A stretch of DNA of 57,802 bases, filler included, from Sphacelaria rigidula (lineage: Eukaryota), in assembly GCA_964200075.2 (NCBI GenBank). It is 5 parts of 5 records of this genome, joined end to end, with 100 filler letters (N's around TTAATTAATTAA, not from the genome) between each part and the next. Parts side by side here need not be neighbours in the genome. Positions count along the whole stretch, not along the records: positions 46,325 to 57,802 come from CAXNAA020004879.1; 4 more parts are not named here. One strand, 5' to 3'. How positions within the stretch are numbered: the first letter of the stretch is position 1; each line of letters opens with the position of its first letter. Positions 51,858 to 57,802 of the stretch are shown piece by piece. The notes below the pieces were generated by a model. That model searched no databases and was not told the DNA's origin. It worked only from the letters and a program-made list of their open reading frames with translations. The position numbers and the translations under genes were made by a program.

Positions 51858-52900
51858 ATATCGATATTAGTGCTAGTGTAAGTGCTAGAAACCTGCTGAA
51901 AGGATTTCGGCGGAGTCTGGCAGCTGGGGACAACCTGAAGCATCACGGACGCGCGAAGGGGGTTCAAGCTGGTGGTAGCTGTAGAAAGGCGGCTGACCTG
52001 TGATTGATCCAGACTAGAGACTTGCTGAAGCTGCGTGCAGCGGGAGTTTGGAGGCTCCTACAACTATGTGGTGCGGCGACGAAGCAAGGAAGTGTGCAAT
52101 TCGCGAAGGTCTGCTGGCCTGCAAAAGGTTCGCAGGTAGCCAGTGCAGCTATGGTGGCTGGTTCGTGTACTACGACCAGCGTGACACCCGTGGTTATGCG
52201 GGAAAAGTTGAGACCTCCCCAATACGGGGATAGGTACTCAGAGAGTGCATCTCGCACTCTTATTACGAAGTACTTCGAGTACAAGAAGTGTGTGAAGCAC
52301 GCTAACGCCGGGGGTGCTGTACGGCATCAGGTGGTGCCAATGGCTCAACAAGTGCCAACTTATGTGCAGAGGGTGTTTTCTCGTTTGTAGCATAAAAAAA
52401 TCACAACCACCCCGCCGCAATTGGTTGCGGCGACCAAAAAGCATGCTGGGCATGCAGCGGGTGCTTGCCACTGTTGTGGTCAGGTCGGCCATGACGCGCG
52501 CGATTGCCCAACGTCTTCCGGTGGAGAGTCTGGGCAGTCTCATGCCGCGCGTTATCAGCATCGTCAGCAGAAGAGCAAAAGACGAGGTAATCGGGGTGGC
52601 GGCGGCGGATCCTCCGGCAGTGGAGGGTCGTAATCGCGTTCTCGGCAGCAGCAGCAGCAGGGGCAGCGGCGTCAGCATGGGTCTGGTTCTGGGTTTGGCG
52701 CCGCTGTAGGCTGCTGCTCCGCAACGGGCGGTGCAGGTGGGACCGACTTCTACGGTGTCGAACACTGCGCCGGCGCCGGTGGTGACACCGGCAGCAGCGC
52801 CAGGCGCGACGCCTGTTGATGCGCTGGTCGGAAGTTCGCCAAAGGGTGGGGGTCACACCCGACGGCGGTGCCGTTTGAACCTGCCGGGGCGTCTTTGCCT

Positions 52901-52951
52901 GCGCAGCTTGCGCAGCTTGCGCAGCTTGCGCAGCTTGCGCAGCTTGCGCAG
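52901..52951 (+). repeat. 9-bp tandem repeat (gcgcagctt)x5.7
   Basis: Perfect units encoding (AQL)n within the Gypsy gag-pol linker. Confidence 0.92.
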
Positions 52952-55771
52952 CCATGGCGTCAAGTGGGATTAGTGCGCATCGGTCGGCGAATAACTTGGC
53001 AGTGGAGTTTGCGGATAGATACGTTCCTGCGAAACTGTGCCTCCGAAATCAGTGGGAGCGTGGCGCCATTGCAGTTCGGGCTAAGTGGGATTAAGGCGCC
53101 CACTGGGCGGGTCATGTGAGTCTGTCGGTACAGATTGTAGAGATGTTGGAGCGTCTTCTCCCGGGTGTGCCGCTGCGCAAGCCGTTTTCGCTCAGGGCGC
53201 GGCAGGCCGTCACCGCGTCGGGTCAGCATGTTTACGTCACAGAGCGTACTGTTCCACTGCAGCTGACTTTCACGACTTCCTGGGGGCCGGTGCAGTTGCC
53301 TCCGATCTCGTTTGCAATCATGCCGGGGTCGGATGGCGTTATTCTTCTGGGATTGCGGATGCCTCAGGATATTGGAGTCGACGCTCGGCGGTTGTAGGAT
53401 TCCATGAAGACGCGGATGTCTCCGCCTGGTCCGCGCTTAGAGACGCCCGCCGTTTTGGACATTCGTCGCCTGCGCTTGTCGGTGGATGCTTTTCAGGAGG
53501 CTGGAGGGCAGGTGACCGAGGACGCGGGATGCGGCGGTGGAACGCTCGATAAAGCGTGACCCGGAGATGTTGATAATCCTGCCGGAAGAGGAGTCCGCTC
53601 GGAAGGTCGCGCTGGAGGAGAGCGTGACGGATGCTGGGGCGACAGGCCTTAGCGTCTCAAAAGCGGAGCGCTTGCGCGGCATATTGCATTGCCGCGTCAA
53701 TGCGTTTCGTCGTGCGCTGCGGGGTGATCCCCCTGCGCGCGTGGAGCCCATACGTGCTCAGCCAAACCTGGGGCGTCCGCGGTGAAGGCGAAGCCGCGGC
53801 GGTACGATCCAGCGAAGTTGTGTTGGTTGGCGTTGTGCATGGCGGCTATTTTGGCGCTCTGGTTGGTGTTACGGAATTTGCAGGCGGGGTGGTTCAGTCC
53901 AGATATAGCGTTTCCGAAGAAGGCTGCATCGTGGACGGGGGGCAGGCTGCAGGCGTGGGCGGCAGCGAAGGATCTGGTGGCTCATGCCGTGACGCTGTTC
54001 CATCCTCGCCCTGATTGTCAGGTGTTTTTGTTTCCGGATGCATCTGAATGTCATTGGGGTAGTTTGGTCATGCAGGTGCCTACAGTTGAAATTCAAATGC
54101 CTGTGCGCGCTGTGGCTGTGTATGGTCCGTGTGAACCTGATGACTCGATGCCGTTCAAATATGTCGTCCGCCGAGCGCAACGAAAAGATCTTGGGGCCGA
54201 AGATGTGAACGTGCAATCTTTCGAGTCGGACGTTGGTGCTGCTATCTTGAACAACGAAGGTCTGTTTCGTGGGCATGTGCGCGGCCGAAACGTATTGTGG
54301 ATTCCAAGCTTTGACAAGCAGTTTCAGGTACGTCTGATGATTTGCGCGCACAGGCGCGCTGCCGGGCATCGTGGTGTGGCTTCAACGCTCGTGCGCTTGC
54401 AAGAGTTTTGTGTCTGGCAGGGGATAGAAACTCATGTGAGCGAATTTGTCCTCCAGTGTCTTCATTGTGCTGACTCGAGGGCGGGCGATGTTGTTCCCCG
54501 CCCGCTTGGCGAAACGGTCTGTGGGACCACGCCGAATGAAGTCGTCCATTTTGACTTCTTGTACGTGGGCGAGAGTGACCCGCTAGCTTCCCAAGGTTTG
54601 TCGGAGGATGCTGGGTTTCGATACATTTTAGTAATCATGGATGATATGATCAAATTTATGTCTCTGGAACCAGTAGCAGTGTGTACTGCTGAATCGACTG
54701 CTGTATCTGTGATGAATTAGTGCAAAACTTTGAGGGTGCCGCGTGTGTGTGTGAGTGATACCGCAACGCATTTCAAGAGTGCGATCTTGGCCCGATTGCG
54801 AGAGGCTTTGCGCGTTGATCACCAGTTCGCGGCAGCGTATTCTCCGTGGTCTAACGGCACGTGCGAACGCATGGTAAAGGAGGTAGTTCGTGCTCTTCGC
54901 TCTATTCTTCTCGAGCAGCGTAGAGCGGTTTGGTGTGCAATGGTGCCGGTGGTGCAATGGGCGCTTAATACAGGGTATCGTTGTCGTTACGATAGTATGC
55001 CGTACCACGTGATGTTTGGTCGTGCTCCTTGGACGTCTTTCTCGGTGCTGGCGCCTTCGTCGGCGGGGGAATGGAAGTGTGATGTCCTGGTCGATGTTCA
55101 AATTTGGAGTGCATTGCAAGGAGTCTTGGACTTGCAAGAACGTTTCCACGTTCAAGTGTAGAAACGTGTTGCCGCTGAACGTGCGCGTAGACGTGAGGAG
55201 TACTCGTCGGGGCTGGAACTGCCAAGTCTTGAGGTAGGCGACTATGTCTTGTATGCACGCGTGCGTCGTCCAGGTGTTGCGCCCAAGTTGATGGCGACAT
55301 GGATTGGTCCAGGGAGAGTGGTTGATGCTCACCACCCGCACGTGTTGGAGATTCAGAACATTGTCTCGGGCCGTGTTCAGACCGCCCATGTAGCTCGTTT
55401 GCGTTTTTATGCAGACTCGCAGCTAATGTTACGGCTGACGTTAAGGATTTGTTCCAGCATGCTTTCAATCAGGGGCAATTTCAGATGGCTGGTATTGTCT
55501 GAGTGGCAGAAGCAGGCGATCGTGAGTTGATCGTGTTGGTCGACTCGATTGGTTTCGAAGTTGAGGAGCGTACGTGGGAGCCTTTCGAGGATATTTTTGA
55601 GGCTGCTCCGGAATCTTTTACGAAGGAGTTGCGTAAATTGCGCGTGACTCGTGCCGTTGTTGCTCACACTTGGAGTGACTTTAGCAATCAGTTGTGACTT
55701 ACTCATCGTTTTGGCGTTTTCTATGTGTCAAGCTTGTTGATTGATTTTTGTCCAACGCGCGTTGGGGGTGC

Positions 55772-55991
55772 TGTGACGAAATAACGCCTTCACGTTGAGT
55801 TGGTAGTGATGATCTGGATAATGACCGGGGACACTAGGTTGATACCCTGGCGTGTCTAGGAGGCTATGCCTACAGGGCACTCCATGATAATGACGATGTT
55901 GTAAAGGCTGATAACTGAAACTGAGGCCACTAAGACTGAGGAGTCCCTCAAAAGCAGTGATCCACCAGTCCTTCTTCAGGCTGGCGTCACA
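55772..55991 (+). repeat. 3' LTR
   Basis: 220-bp direct repeat of 51637-51857, followed by the GCCT TSD. Confidence 0.95.
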
Positions 55992-57802
55992 GCCTTGAAA
56001 GTCCGTCTTGCCCACAACCCGGCCGGCTACTCGCTTTCAGCGCGTGAAGCACGCGCATGAACTCGCGCGTCGACCGCACCTGCGGGCACTGTTCACGGCA
56101 GAACACAATAAGCGGCTCCGACAACCGCGCCAACGGCACCTCCACCTTCGGAGGTTCGCCTCAGCCCCAAACGGGATACCCCGCCCCAACCGCAGCCGGT
56201 ACACCTACCTCGACAGCATCGGCAGTATGCCGTGCCGAACGGGTCCACCGTCTCGCAGCGTCTATGGGAATAGCCATGCACATCTCACGCGGGGGGGTTA
56301 CCGACACACTGTGAGGACCATTGCCACGCCGCAACCGCCCATCACGGTCTCTCTCAACGCCGTCACACTCAGCACCGTCGCTATCATCACGGTGACGGAT
56401 ATCTCCACTCTCACATGCCTCACACTGGACGACTTCACCGAAAACTGAGGTCGCACTCAACCTACAAACGGGCGGAAGGGCCACCGCCGCTCGACCGTTA
56501 CTCCCCAAACAGGCGGAGCTAGATTACTCATCTAACTATGCCAGGATTTTTAGGACCAAACCGTCGCCGTCGGCCGGCGATCGAATCATTATAGAAGCAC
56601 AAGCCGAAAACCCCACCACCGATCACCGACAAGCCCTCATGAGGGAAACCGGGATCAACCTCATGTAGCAAACCCTCTCTACCCTCCAGAACACTCCCCG
56701 ACGGGGCCGACCCGGTCGAACCCGCCCCACCCTCCGGCAACGGCGGGGAGTTCTCATCAACATGTTGCGCAGATTTACAGTACAATCCAATCCGTGAGAC
56801 AATCGTTCTGAACGACCCGACATGTGAGCAGAATGTATGCTACGCCTCGACGAATCCGACCCACAATCACCACGCGCCGCTCTAGTAGTGCGCGCCGCAA
56901 CCCGACGCGGGGATGCAGCCCGGCGTGGGGCCGCAGCAGACCGCTGGGACCGCGTGACCGGACCTCTCCCCATCCCTTCGACGCGACCCTGGTTCACACC
57001 TGACATAATAGCAACCGAAAACTCCGCAGCCGAAGAACCCCGAAGCGCAGCAGCACAACAAACCAGTTGACGATGCCACCGAAAGGCACCTCATAGTACT
57101 ACAATTTGGGACAGCTCTCCTTACGTTTCAGGAATCTGTGACTCGTGTGGACAGACGTTTACGAGTTTTGTTGTCGGTATGGTGTTGGAACTTAGAGCTT
57201 TCCCTCTGATGGACAAGAGCACTTTCTTAGAGTACGTTTGTGCGTGGGTGAGATGTGCTGATGCCTTGAACAATAGACCGCGTAATAGAATATTGCTGCT
57301 ACAAGAGTTCCGGAGATACTACTATCGATGTCCGTTGTCAACGGCAATCGACTGACATCACTGTCTGTCGGTAGCTGCTGTAGGCAACAGTAGACTCGAA
57401 ACAAGGGACACGATGTATCATAGCCGTGATAATAGAGTGCCCGAGTCGTCTATCGATATAAACATGCTTGTCAGAAAAGGCGCTGAATCGCGGTCGCCAA
57501 TGTCTATTATTGCGAATCACAAGAGGATCTGCATTGCGACCACCAATGCACGTTGCTGCTCACAACATCTGAATCGCGTCCATTAATACATATCACCGGT
57601 CACAACAGCGTCTTGAATCGCGTTCACAAATGCCCACTGCTCGTCACAGTATGACCTGAACCGCCACCACCAATACCCCTTGCTGGCCACAGTAGGAGGA
57701 GCTGACTGACGTCGATCAAAAGCTATTGATACATGTTAGCCGGTGGATGTTCCTACCTTCCACAAAAGAGCAATGCTACGGTAGGGGTGCACTTTTTTCG
57801 CG

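Larger units (their letters stand above)
51637..55991 (+). mobile_element. Ty3/Gypsy chromovirus-type LTR retrotransposon, both LTRs present, internally deleted (no RT), non-autonomous
   Basis: LTRs at 51637-51857 and 55772-55991 (TGTGACG...CGTCACA), GCCT TSD on both sides, G-rich PPT-like tract before the 3' LTR. Gag knuckle CHCCGQVGHDARDC, protease-like region, partial RNase H (FPDASECHWG), integrase HHCC finger and core, GPY/F-like WIGP and chromodomain (GFEVEERTWEPFEDIFEAAP). Several stops and frameshifts. Confidence 0.93.

Noticed and set aside
56000..57070. GC-rich coding-like region; similar stretches at 23165-23820 and 42630-43030
   Set aside because: Probably decayed retroelement sequence, but I could not identify a diagnostic motif, so it is not annotated.
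57480..57695. CRISPR-like array
   Set aside because: Units are degenerate over their whole length, with no identical repeats or unique spacers, no cas genes, and a eukaryotic context.

Overview
Eukaryotic nuclear DNA, not a prokaryotic locus. It is most consistent with a stramenopile, probably a brown alga (inferred from long TE-filled GT-AG introns, TTAGGG repeats and Ty3/Gypsy chromoviruses). The window is five contigs of almost identical length (1-11482, 11583-23064, 23165-34646, 34747-46224, 46325-57802) joined by artificial 100-nt N44-TTAATTAATTAA-N44 spacers, so nothing should be read across those junctions. Two real spliced genes can be rebuilt by hand. One is a partial EB1/RP microtubule end-binding protein gene (+, four exons, 1452-8707). 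The other is a complete three-exon, 260-aa membrane-anchored YHS-domain (seleno)protein-family gene, Cys form (-, 14362-21122). The rest is transposon-derived. It includes five Ty3/Gypsy elements, one of which has both LTRs, a 4-bp TSD, a chromodomain, deleted RT and a possible self-priming PBS. There are also decayed hAT-, P-like and Sola-like transposase remnants, several MITE families, a tRNA-derived SINE, LINE-like 3' ends, a foldback and microsatellites. Most ORFs in the six-frame track are noise. I saw no CRISPR array, rRNA or intact tRNA gene. All family assignments come from motif recognition by eye, not database searches.
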